A stretch of DNA of 64,000 nucleotides from Promethearchaeia archaeon (GTDB lineage Archaea; Asgardarchaeota; Lokiarchaeia; Sigyniarchaeales; SOKP01). The DNA is taken from positions 1 to 64,000 of the forward strand of contig JAHQWL010000023.1 of the NCBI GenBank assembly GCA_029856155.1, written 5' to 3'. The position numbers and the translations under genes were made by a program. A model generated the notes under the pieces. It was not told the origin of the DNA and made no database searches. It was given only the letters and a program-made list of their open reading frames with translations. Every line of letters begins with the position of its first letter. Within the stretch, counting starts at the first letter, position 1. Shown in pieces: positions 19,580 through 29,136 of the stretch.

Positions 19580-19611
19580 CTACAACAGATAGAATACCAA
19601 GCAGAAAGAAT
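19580..19611 (-). repeat. Orphan copy of CTERM-anchor coding sequence; direct repeat of 18421-18452
   Basis: 28/32 identity; reads FFLLGILSVV on the minus strand versus FVLFGILSVV in the gene. Confidence 0.75.
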
Positions 19612-19711
19612 TTATACTACTTCCAATTCAATTAAGTTAAGTACAAAAATATCTTATTAAAGATATTTTTTTAAATCCTATAAAAAAGTAAAAGAAAAGA
19701 GGTGATGTAAA

Positions 19712-19939
19712 ATCACAATTGAACGTCCTGCATTTTTAATTTGCCCCAATTGTAAAGAAAAAATAAATATTGATTATGATGTGGGCAAGCACGAATATGC
19801 TAGAACAGATGATATTATTGGAATTACATTAAGATATCGTCATATAAATATAGTATCAGCAAAAGATAAAGAATGGGCAACAAGCTGCATGGTATGTAAT
19901 CATTGTGGTACAATAATTGGATTTGAAAGTCTCACGTAG
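19712..19939 (+). CDS. Small zinc-ribbon protein (75 aa), probable ATC start
   Basis: ITIERPAFLICPNCKEK...CMVCNHCGTIIGFESLT*; GAGGTGA at 19699-19705; T-tract downstream; not in the ORF track. Confidence 0.7.
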   Translation: MTIERPAFLICPNCKEKINIDYDVGKHEYARTDDIIGITLRYRHINIVSAKDKEWATSCMVCNHCGTIIGFESLT

Positions 19940-20196
19940 ACTAACAATTTTTTTTATTTATTTTTATCCTAAATTATATAGATTTTATAGCATCTTTTCA
20001 AAAAACTGATTGCTACATTCATTAGGCAATTCGTATTATGAGTAATGATTTCATGAAATTTTTAAACTTGGAATATTAAATTTCAATTAATTTTGAAATT
20101 CATTACTTGATGGTTATGGCATTAAAATTTGGTATTTTTTATCATGGCTTTCCAATTGCTTTCCAAATAAATATTTAATAAAGATTCTTAATTTAC

Positions 20197-21399
20197 ATGC
20201 TTAGATCCAAAATGAAATATGATTTTGATAGAGTAATCGAGCGTTCTGGTACTAATTCTGTTAAATGGGATAAACAATTTCTAAAAGAACACTTTAAAGC
20301 TGATGATGTTTTGCCTCTGTGGGTTGCTGATATGGATTTCCAATGTCCTCAACCTGTCATTGATGCTTTAAAAAAGAGGGTTGATGCAGAAATTTATGGA
20401 TATTGCTGGCACAAAACTCCTACATATTTAGATGCTGTTTCGAACTGGATGAAACGAAGACATGGATGGGAAATTGATAATGAATGGATTGTTTTCAGTC
20501 CTGGAATTGTTTCCGCTATTTATATGTTAGTTCAAACGTTTACTAATGTGGGAGAGAAAGTAATTGTCCAGTCACCAGTTTATTATCCTTTTTTTAGCGC
20601 AGTAGAAAATAATGGACGTATCTTATTGACAAATCAATTACATTATGAGAATAAAAGGTATACGTTTGATTTCGAAGATTTTGAAGAGAAAGCTAAGGAC
20701 CCATTAACTAAGATGTTTATCCTCTGTAGCCCTCATAACCCTGTGGGGCGCGTTTGGACTGAAAAAGAACTTAGAAAACTTGGAGATATTTGTTTAGAAA
20801 ATGATGTAATAATAATTTCAGACGAAATCCATCACGATTTAGTCCTTTCGGGATATAAGCATACTCTTTTTTCAACAATATCAGATGATTTTGAGAGAAA
20901 TACAATTATGTGTACCGCACCAAGCAAGACATTCAATATTGCTGGTTTAAAAACTTCTAATATAATTATTCCAGACGAAAAAATGAGAGAATCCTTCATA
21001 AATACCATATCTAAAAAGAATAGTTTTATGAGTCCTAATGCCTTTGGTATAGTTGCTTTAATTGCAGCTTACAATGAAGGAGAAGAATGGTTAGATCAAG
21101 CGTTGAAGTATATTGAGACTAATTTTAAATTCTTAAAAGAATTTGTTAATGAAAAACTCACCAATGTTGATTTCATTGATCCAGAAGGAACTTATCTTGC
21201 TTGGTTAGATTGCGATAGATTGGGTATGGATGATGAAGAACTTAGTGATTTTATGCTTAAAAAAGCAAAAGTTGCATTGGATGATGGTAAAATATTTGGT
21301 CCAGGTGGAGAAGGATTTGAGAGAATAAATGTAGGATGTCCACAATCGATTTTAAAAGAATGCATGAATCGTATAGTTAATGCGTTAAATGAAAAATAA
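20197..21399 (+). CDS. MalY/PatB-family PLP-dependent C-S lyase
   Basis: PLWVADMDF, LCSPHNPVGRVW, SDEIHHD, APSKTFN. Confidence 0.95.
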   Translation: MLRSKMKYDFDRVIERSGTNSVKWDKQFLKEHFKADDVLPLWVADMDFQCPQPVIDALKKRVDAEIYGYCWHKTPTYLDAVSNWMKRRHGWEIDNEWIVFSPGIVSAIYMLVQTFTNVGEKVIVQSPVYYPFFSAVENNGRILLTNQLHYENKRYTFDFEDFEEKAKDPLTKMFILCSPHNPVGRVWTEKELRKLGDICLENDVIIISDEIHHDLVLSGYKHTLFSTISDDFERNTIMCTAPSKTFNIAGLKTSNIIIPDEKMRESFINTISKKNSFMSPNAFGIVALIAAYNEGEEWLDQALKYIETNFKFLKEFVNEKLTNVDFIDPEGTYLAWLDCDRLGMDDEELSDFMLKKAKVALDDGKIFGPGGEGFERINVGCPQSILKECMNRIVNALNEK

Positions 21400-21426
21400 T
21401 TTTTTTTTATTTTGTTTTTTTAAAAA

Positions 21427-21957
21427 TTATTTAATATAATACCGAGGTTCGGTTCTGCACACATCTTTATTTATAAATTCTCTAAATATTTTATTATCCT
21501 CATCTATAAATTCACGAAATTCATTATAAATTTCTTCAAGGGTCATTCTCTTTTTAAGTGGGTGAATTTTTTTATCTTTTTGAAATCTATTTTTATTACT
21601 TTTGGTTTTTTTAAGCGTAAATTCAAGATAATTTCCCTCTAGTACTAAATTTTCAAATAGTCCATCTTCATCTTTTTTAATATTACCAAAATTTGAATCG
21701 TTCCCGTGATTCACCCCATTTTCAATTTCAAAATCTACTCTTTGATACCCTCGAACTTGAAAATTTTTATCTACAAATGCTTGGAATTGATGTTCACATA
21801 CTAATCCTCTTGCTATTGACATTGTAGTTAATTGTTTTGCTTCAGCAATGACAGAATTAGGAATATCTAATGCTTTTTTTGCATTACAAACTGGGCAAAT
21901 AAATTCAATTTTCGATGTATTGATATTTACATTTTTCTTTAATTCTGTGATTGCCAT
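21427..21957 (-). CDS. Hypothetical protein with N-terminal Zn-binding-like domain
   Basis: FICPVC...VCEHQFQAFVDKNFQVRGYQ. Confidence 0.75.
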   Translation of the reverse strand: MAITELKKNVNINTSKIEFICPVCNAKKALDIPNSVIAEAKQLTTMSIARGLVCEHQFQAFVDKNFQVRGYQRVDFEIENGVNHGNDSNFGNIKKDEDGLFENLVLEGNYLEFTLKKTKSNKNRFQKDKKIHPLKKRMTLEEIYNEFREFIDEDNKIFREFINKDVCRTEPRYYIK

Positions 21958-22077
21958 ATTAACACCTTCTTGAGATTATCTGAAATTAATAATAAAAACC
22001 CCATTTATTTCATAATGAAAAGTATAGGATTTAAGTTCGAGGACTATACCTATTAAGTAATTTATAAATAATCAAAA

Positions 22078-22620
22078 TTAGGTATTATCAGGATCAAATT
22101 TGATATTCATATTATTCTCATCCAATTCAAAATTTATCTCTAAATTTGATACTAAATCACTTTTAATTTTGAAACAATGAGAGCCTTTGGTAAATTTCTT
22201 TAAAGTATCATCATCTAATTTTATTAAGAGAGTAATACTATCATTTAGATTAATTGTTCTGCCACTTAATTTACCTTCTATAATATCATTTAAATTAAAG
22301 GATTCTCCTTTATGATAGATTAATAAACGACTTTTTATTATGCCTAAGTTAACACTATCTTTAGAAAAATTCAATTCCATATCATCCAAGTAAAATTCTC
22401 CATATTTAGATAGATCAAGAGTATTAGGATCAAACTTTTTAATATTAAAATCTCCAATTTCAATTTCTTCAGGAATTACAAATGGTATAAGTAAATTAAT
22501 AAATTTTATTTGTAATGAATCTGTTTTTGCGTCACCATCAATATCTACGGTAAAGACACTCTTATTTGGTGGAAAGATCTTTTTTATCAACACCTTAAAA
22601 GCGGATATATCATATGACAT
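22078..22620 (-). CDS. Hypothetical protein
   Basis: 180-aa ORF, no recognised motif. Confidence 0.7.
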   Translation of the reverse strand: MSYDISAFKVLIKKIFPPNKSVFTVDIDGDAKTDSLQIKFINLLIPFVIPEEIEIGDFNIKKFDPNTLDLSKYGEFYLDDMELNFSKDSVNLGIIKSRLLIYHKGESFNLNDIIEGKLSGRTINLNDSITLLIKLDDDTLKKFTKGSHCFKIKSDLVSNLEINFELDENNMNIKFDPDNT

Positions 22621-22671
22621 AAGTTGTAAATCTACTTATTTTTTATTGATTATTTGTAGATCTAAATATTA

Positions 22672-23694
22672 TTATTTTTCTATTTCTGAAATCTTTACAG
22701 GACGATTCTCTTCATATGATTTCTGAGCCGCTAATGCTACTAAAACATTCTGCAAACCATCTTCCCCGTTTGGTTTAGGTTCTATATTTTTACTCAAGCA
22801 TTCAAAGAAACGTTTTAATTCAGCAGAATAAGATTCCATGTATCTCTCCAAGAAAAAGTATGGAATTTTATCAATATTGGTACATTCAGCAGTATAAATA
22901 CGGACAGTATTAGTCGCTTCATTATCAGCTACCACACATCCTTTAGAGCCAAATACTTCAACACGTTGATCATATCCATAAACTGCTTGACGAGTATTAT
23001 CAATCATTCCAATTGCTCCATTTTTAAATTTTAAAACAGCGACAGCAGTATCTATATCACCTGCCTTCCCAATTTCAGGATCAATAAGTACAGCTCCAGT
23101 TGCATAGACTTCGTCCACTTCACTCCCAGCTTGGAATCTTGCCATATCCCAATCATGAATCGTCATATCAAGAAAAATTCCCCCCGACACTTTTATATAC
23201 TCTATTGGAGGGGGAGCGGGGTCTCGAGATGTAATTTTTATAATTTGAGGTTCACCTATTTGACCAGAAGCGACCGATTCATAGCACCTCATAAAATTAC
23301 GATCAAAACGTCGATTAAACCCCACCATGAGTTTTATCCCTGTTTTTTTAACAACTGAAAGTGTTTCTTTAATTCGTTTTATATCCGTATCAATTGGCTT
23401 CTCACAAAAGACATGTTTTTTCGCCTTGGCAGCTTCCTGAATAAATTTAGCATGAGTATCTGTAGGTGAGCAAATTACTACTATTTCAATTTCAGGATCA
23501 ATAAAGATTTCATTTACATCCGAAGTGAGTTTTAGTACGCCCTTTTCTTCTGCCCATATTCTTAATTTATCATTTATGTTCACATCAGCCACAATTTTTA
23601 AATTAGCATCAGCTATTTTACGTAATAGATTTTCGATGTGTATTTTTCCAATTCTTCCCGCTCCAATTACTCCAACTGTAAATTTTTTCGCCAT
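22672..23694 (-). CDS. iolG: myo-Inositol 2-dehydrogenase (Gfo/Idh/MocA)
   Basis: GAGRIG, CEKP, GFNRRFD, TSRDP, DMTIHDWD, YGYDQRVEVFG; ATG 23694 preferred. Confidence 0.93.
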   Translation of the reverse strand: MAKKFTVGVIGAGRIGKIHIENLLRKIADANLKIVADVNINDKLRIWAEEKGVLKLTSDVNEIFIDPEIEIVVICSPTDTHAKFIQEAAKAKKHVFCEKPIDTDIKRIKETLSVVKKTGIKLMVGFNRRFDRNFMRCYESVASGQIGEPQIIKITSRDPAPPPIEYIKVSGGIFLDMTIHDWDMARFQAGSEVDEVYATGAVLIDPEIGKAGDIDTAVAVLKFKNGAIGMIDNTRQAVYGYDQRVEVFGSKGCVVADNEATNTVRIYTAECTNIDKIPYFFLERYMESYSAELKRFFECLSKNIEPKPNGEDGLQNVLVALAAQKSYEENRPVKISEIEK

Positions 23695-23871
23695 AATATA
23701 CCACATAAACACTTTTTCTTCTAATAACTTTAAAAAATTTATTGAAGCTATTAAATAAGATACTTATTTAAACTGAAATATCAAATATTTAATTACATTT
23801 AATTTTAATATTTCACCTTAAAAAAAGATGGTTTTAAAATAAATTTCTATAAATAGTGAGGAAATAACTTT

Positions 23872-25266
23872 ATGAATGAAAATGAATCTAGAAAAAAATC
23901 TTTAAGCAAGAAATTAGCTTTCGCATGTGGAGAAGTTGGCGATAATGTAGCTCTAAATACTTTTTCATTTTTGATGTTTACTTTTTATTTCGCAGTTGTT
24001 GGAATCCCGAGTCCTTTAATGACGTTAGGTTTTATAACTTGGGCTCTATGGAATGCAATTAATGATCCGTTAATCGGATACCTTTCAGATAGAACGAAAA
24101 GTAGATGGGGACGGAGGATTCCATGGATGATAGGTGCTACCATCCCACTCGGAGTCTTTATGATATTATTATTTACTCCTTTCTCTACTTATGGTCAAAA
24201 TGAGTCTGTTTTCATATACTTCATCATAATATTGATACTCTTTGATATAGCATATACATCATTTAATCTGAATTATAATGCGCTTTTTTCTGAAATGTTT
24301 GTTGATATGAAAGAGCGTAGCGCAACTGGAAGAATACGAATAATTTTTGTATTACTCGCAACTATGTTTGCTTTGGTCTTTCCCACTTTTATTATTGAGG
24401 ATTTTACTAGTAATGATCCAATTGTACAAAATCAATATTTAATTGTTGGAATCGTTGCTGCGGCAATTATATTTATCTTTTATTTTATTTTCCTCAAAAA
24501 AGGTGTTGAAGATCCTAAACATATCTCAAGAGATGCTGAATCTGCGATGTCCTTCACAAAAACTCTGAAATTTACGTTCAAACATAGATCTTTTTTATGG
24601 TTTCTATTTCCTGCTCTTGGGACTTGGCTTGTAATCAATATTCTACCGACATTAGCTCCGCTTTTCTTCAAGCATGCAGTTGGTTTAGATGATCCTGAAT
24701 TAATTGGAATACTCCTTTTAGTCGATTTTCTTGTTGCTGCGGTATCTACACCTTTATGGGAGTTCATAAGAGTTAAGAAAGGCGCTCGAATGTGTGGTTT
24801 GATCGGGATTGCTGTATGGGTAGTAGCAGTATTACTCTTTGCCTTTTCAACTGACTTTACAATGGCTTTAATTTTTATGCTTATTAATGGCTTAGGATTG
24901 GGGGGTGGACTTTACTTTTATGATCAGTGTATTGCTGAAATCATAGATGAGGATGAAATTACATATGGAGTACGGCGGTCTGGCATTTACTATGCTGTTC
25001 TTAACTTTCTTATTAGATTATCAATGATTCTTAATTTCGTATTCATTGGATTAGTCTTTACTTCTACAGATTGGATGAATTATAATCCAAATCCAAATGT
25101 AAATGTGATTATAGGGCTGCGAATTTTAATGGGTATTTACCCTGCTATCGTTTTATCACTTTCCTTGATTGGTATGTATTTCTATCCTATTAAGGGAGAA
25201 AGACTCAGGGAAAACAGAAAAAAATTAACTGAATTGCACGATCAAAAGAAAAGTGGTCTAACTTAA
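23872..25266 (+). CDS. MFS/GPH-family sugar:cation symporter
   Basis: WNAINDPLIGYLSDRTKSRWGRRIPW, DEDE..GVRRSGIY. Confidence 0.92.
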   Translation: MNENESRKKSLSKKLAFACGEVGDNVALNTFSFLMFTFYFAVVGIPSPLMTLGFITWALWNAINDPLIGYLSDRTKSRWGRRIPWMIGATIPLGVFMILLFTPFSTYGQNESVFIYFIIILILFDIAYTSFNLNYNALFSEMFVDMKERSATGRIRIIFVLLATMFALVFPTFIIEDFTSNDPIVQNQYLIVGIVAAAIIFIFYFIFLKKGVEDPKHISRDAESAMSFTKTLKFTFKHRSFLWFLFPALGTWLVINILPTLAPLFFKHAVGLDDPELIGILLLVDFLVAAVSTPLWEFIRVKKGARMCGLIGIAVWVVAVLLFAFSTDFTMALIFMLINGLGLGGGLYFYDQCIAEIIDEDEITYGVRRSGIYYAVLNFLIRLSMILNFVFIGLVFTSTDWMNYNPNPNVNVIIGLRILMGIYPAIVLSLSLIGMYFYPIKGERLRENRKKLTELHDQKKSGLT

Positions 25267-25361
25267 ACAAAATCTAATTTTTTTTTCTTTTTGAAAAATC
25301 CAGAAATAATTTATTTCTTTATTTAATTTGTTATATTAGTTAATTATTTATAATTATAGAC

Positions 25362-26549
25362 TTGAGTATTATGAAAACAATAGAGTTAAAAGCTAAATGG
25401 GATCCTAAACCGGGATTTAAGTTGGGCTCTAAAGATATAGAAGGAATTTTGACGTATTTAGGCTCACAAGTATGGCGTAATCCTGTTATTGAAGTAGTAG
25501 AAAAACCAAAACCTCAAATTAAATCAAATGAAGTATTGATAAAGGTGAAACGATGTGGGATTTGTGGAAGTGATGTACACATGGCACAAACATATGAAGA
25601 TGGATATATATATTATCCAGGATTAACAGCTTTTCCAGCAACCCTTGGACATGAATTTGCTGGTGAAATTGTCGAAGTTGGAAGTCTAGCAATTAATAAA
25701 AGAACTGGAAAGCTTTATGAAAAAGGGGAACCTGTTACAGTAGAAGAAATGGTCTGGTGTGGCGAGTGCAAACCTTGTTGCGATGGATACCCTAATCATT
25801 GTGAAAGACTACAAGAAATCGGTTTTTCTATTGATGGTGCTTATGCTGAATATATTGCTGTACCTGCTAAATTATGCTGGAGTTTAAAGAAGTTAGAAGA
25901 TAAATATGATGATATTTTTAAGATAGGGAGCTTAGTAGAACCAACTTCAGTGGCATATAACGCAGTTATTGAAAGAGGTGGTGGAATTAGACCAGGGGAG
26001 AATGTAGTAATTCTGGGAGCTGGTCCTATTGGTCTAGCAGCAGTAAAAATTCTAAAAACTGCTGGAGCAGCAGTATGCATTGTTTCAGAACCCGAAGAAA
26101 ACCGAGCATCATTAGCTAAAAAGATGGGTGCTGATTATGTGATAAATCCTCTTAGGAAAAATTTTGTTGAAAAAATTAAAGAATACACTGATGATGAAGG
26201 AGCTGCAATATATCTCGAAGCAACAGGATTACCTGCTATTGTAACAAGTGATATACAAAATGCAATATGGGAATGTAAAGCTGTTAATAGCACTGTAGTT
26301 ATCGTAGCCAGAGCGGAGCAAAATATGCCAGTTTGTGGTGAATATTTCCAAGTAAAGAGAGCTCGTATTGTTGGTTCTCAAGGTCATTCTGGACATGGTA
26401 ATTTTCCTAATGTAATAAGTTGCATGGCTGCTGGAATGGATATGACACCAATGGTTACAAAGGAAATTTCTCTTAATGAAGTTCCTAAATATCTTAAAAT
26501 TTTACAGACAGATAAAGAAAATTGTAAAATTTCAGTTAAAATAGCTTGA
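25362..26549 (+). CDS. iolM: Zn-dependent dehydrogenase, scyllo-inosose 3-dehydrogenase (IolM-like)
   Basis: CGICGSD, GHE, CGECKPCC; distinctive YLGSQVWRNP, YPGLTAFP and GSQGHSGHG segments; iol context. Confidence 0.82.
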   Translation: MSIMKTIELKAKWDPKPGFKLGSKDIEGILTYLGSQVWRNPVIEVVEKPKPQIKSNEVLIKVKRCGICGSDVHMAQTYEDGYIYYPGLTAFPATLGHEFAGEIVEVGSLAINKRTGKLYEKGEPVTVEEMVWCGECKPCCDGYPNHCERLQEIGFSIDGAYAEYIAVPAKLCWSLKKLEDKYDDIFKIGSLVEPTSVAYNAVIERGGGIRPGENVVILGAGPIGLAAVKILKTAGAAVCIVSEPEENRASLAKKMGADYVINPLRKNFVEKIKEYTDDEGAAIYLEATGLPAIVTSDIQNAIWECKAVNSTVVIVARAEQNMPVCGEYFQVKRARIVGSQGHSGHGNFPNVISCMAAGMDMTPMVTKEISLNEVPKYLKILQTDKENCKISVKIA

Positions 26550-26678
26550 TGTTTCTTAAAACCAATCAAATTTTTATTTTTGATAGTTTTAATAACAAGA
26601 TACAATCAAAACTTTTTTATATTATTTTCATCTATTTTTGTTATTCAAAAATTATAATTTTAGAAGAGATCTGATATT

Positions 26679-27278
26679 ATGAATGAAAATCAAGATGAGG
26701 AAGAGGATATTGATTTTGAGGAAGAAACTGAAAGTAGTGAACAAATTCTAGAAAAGCAGAAAAAACTAGAAGAAATTACTTTAAAAAGAACCGACACCAG
26801 TTATTTTAAGATTCAAAATCCAGAATCTTTAGAAATTATGGAAAATGAACCTTTTTATAGAATTCCGTTGATTAACATTCTAGAAAGTGAGGAAGTATAC
26901 TCTGTTCTTGTCGAATTGCCGGGATTAGACAAAAAAAATGTTAAAATTTCTTTACAAGAAGGAATTTTAGAATTACTTGGAGAAAAAACAATAAAAGACA
27001 AAGAAAAAAAGGATGAGAAAAAAGAAAAAGACAAAGAGAAGAAAGAAAAAAAGGATGAAAAGAAAGATAAAGACAAGAAAAAAGAAAAGCATAAGGAAAT
27101 AAAAGGTAACTATTTAAGGAGAGAAATTCGAACCACTAATTTCTTTAGATGTTTACATCTACCCGAAGATACAATTCCAGATGAAATTGATGCTAGCTTT
27201 AAAAATGGTATCCTAAAGTTAATCATCCCTAAAAAATTGGCAGGGATTAGTGGAAAAAAAGTAATAGAAATTAAATAA
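26679..27278 (+). CDS. Small heat-shock protein (Hsp20) with K/E/D-rich insertion
   Basis: VELPGL.K..V.I, RREIR..F.R.L.LP, ASFKNGIL.L.IPK, C-terminal IEI. Confidence 0.92.
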   Translation: MNENQDEEEDIDFEEETESSEQILEKQKKLEEITLKRTDTSYFKIQNPESLEIMENEPFYRIPLINILESEEVYSVLVELPGLDKKNVKISLQEGILELLGEKTIKDKEKKDEKKEKDKEKKEKKDEKKDKDKKKEKHKEIKGNYLRREIRTTNFFRCLHLPEDTIPDEIDASFKNGILKLIIPKKLAGISGKKVIEIK

Positions 27279-27325
27279 ATTCTAGATTTTATAACAATTT
27301 GATTTTTTACTCTTTTAATTCATTT

Positions 27326-28138
27326 TTATAAGATTGATCGTAAATATTCTGATGATTCTTTAGCGACATCTTCAAATGAAGGCTTCATTATCGTTTCAAT
27401 TGAAGCAAACCCATCATAGCCTGATTTTTTAAAAATATTTAGAAAAGTTCTAAAATCAAAATGACCCGTTCCTGGAGCCCTACGGGTGCAATCTGCAAGA
27501 TGTATATGAGCGACATTTTGAGTAATTTCCTCTAAATAGTCCCATATATAGCCGGGATCCTCCTCTAAATAAGTATGGAAAGAGTCAATTAATAATTTTA
27601 AGTTATTTGAGCCGATTTCGTCAATTAAATTTAATGATTCAGATATTGTATTATATGAATCAATTTCAAATCTATTAATTGGTTCAAATAATAATAGAAC
27701 TCCATTGTTTTCTGCCATACGGCAGCATTCCTTTAGGGATGATTTAATATAATTCTTTTCTTTTTTTAAACTACTCTCAGAATTAAAACGTCCTCGAATT
27801 AATCCAATTATAACTTTTGATTGGATTCTTTGCGCAAAATCTAAATAGGTCTGAATTCTTTGAATTGCACTTTCCCTCATATGCTCATTTTGATGTCCTA
27901 AAGAATATCCAAAACGAATATACGTGCTCCCAGTTCCAATAGCAGAGATCTTAAGGTTATACGAATCCTTAATATCGTTTATCATTTCAGCATTGATTTT
28001 TTCAGGTTCAAGAAGAGATAATTCAACTCCATCATAATTTAAAGAATTTAAAAATTCACATAATTCTGAAAAATGTTTTAAGACTTCATCTTGAGTACTT
28101 TTTGATTCATTTAATCCAGAGACAATACTTAATTTCAT
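27326..28138 (-). CDS. iolO: Sugar epimerase (xylose isomerase-like TIM barrel), 5-keto-L-gluconate epimerase IolO-like
   Basis: AIGTG, VIIGLIRG, EPINRFE, DSFH, HIHLAD..RRAPGTGHFDF; iol context. Confidence 0.78.
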   Translation of the reverse strand: MKLSIVSGLNESKSTQDEVLKHFSELCEFLNSLNYDGVELSLLEPEKINAEMINDIKDSYNLKISAIGTGSTYIRFGYSLGHQNEHMRESAIQRIQTYLDFAQRIQSKVIIGLIRGRFNSESSLKKEKNYIKSSLKECCRMAENNGVLLLFEPINRFEIDSYNTISESLNLIDEIGSNNLKLLIDSFHTYLEEDPGYIWDYLEEITQNVAHIHLADCTRRAPGTGHFDFRTFLNIFKKSGYDGFASIETIMKPSFEDVAKESSEYLRSIL

Positions 28139-28272
28139 GATATATATATCTGTTGAAATTTGAATAGGATAGTGCTTTACTCATATAATAATATTAAGCA
28201 AAATTATTTATAGTAAAAAAAGAAAAATGAATTATCCTTAAATTAAGTTAAAAATCTAATGAGATCATAAAA

Positions 28273-29091
28273 ATGAGAGAATACTTTACTACCAAATCTG
28301 TCATGGCTTCTTATTTTTTTGAAGATCCTAAATATGACGCTGTTAATAGGGAATTAAATAGAATAAAAGTAATATATTATTATTTTGACTTAGAAATTAA
28401 ATTAAAAACAGAAAAAAACCAAGTTTTAAATGGAAGTTTATTGTTGGGAGATGCTACTTTAATTATTGACAGTATAGAATCCCAATTAAATCAATTTGAT
28501 ATTTTCTTTATTCCTCCCGAAAAAGACTTTATCATTAGAGGCAAATATAAGTCAAAATATAAAATTGCTTTAGTTATTAGCTCAATTGAAATGAAAGTGG
28601 ATCTATCTTTTGATGTACAGAAGTATGATATAAAGAATTTCATAATTCGAGGGGAACCTAGCTCTAATGAAAAAATGTCAACTTATAGGACTGTATGGAC
28701 AGCTTTTAACAATGGTTTTTTTATGTCAGGTATAACCAGCATTCCTAATGAATCTCTGAAAACAGGCGTGGTAACAAGCGTCAATTTAGAAAAGGATAAA
28801 GAAAAAGGAAATGTTGAAATTTACTCTCATATTCATCCAGATTTTCCGGAATTATATATATATCTTATTGATGATGATAATTATGCTATCACCCAATATT
28901 TAATAAACTCCAAGGGACAATCAGTTTGCAAAGATCTTTCAAACGGAGATGGATTATTCTTTCCAGGATATTTAGGACATATAAATTTTGCAAAACCCTT
29001 TTATAAAAATTTAAAATTTTGTTCTTATATATGGGTCATTCCTACATTTGGTGAAAAAAAGGGAATAGAACCAATTACTTTAAAAGTTTAA
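28273..29091 (+). CDS. Hypothetical cupin, KduI/IolB-like
   Basis: HIHPDFPELYIY...GDGLFFPGYLGH resembles the cupin HxH-E-H metal site; directly upstream of iolN. Confidence 0.55.
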   Translation: MREYFTTKSVMASYFFEDPKYDAVNRELNRIKVIYYYFDLEIKLKTEKNQVLNGSLLLGDATLIIDSIESQLNQFDIFFIPPEKDFIIRGKYKSKYKIALVISSIEMKVDLSFDVQKYDIKNFIIRGEPSSNEKMSTYRTVWTAFNNGFFMSGITSIPNESLKTGVVTSVNLEKDKEKGNVEIYSHIHPDFPELYIYLIDDDNYAITQYLINSKGQSVCKDLSNGDGLFFPGYLGHINFAKPFYKNLKFCSYIWVIPTFGEKKGIEPITLKV

Positions 29092-29136
29092 ATTGATGGA
29101 TCATTCTATTACTTAAACTATTTTTTGTGATTATAT

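Noticed and set aside
14131-20100. Integrated element or provirus at tRNA-Gly or tRNA-Phe
   Set aside because: Accessory-looking genes are present, but no integrase and no duplicated tRNA 3' end (att site) was found by eye
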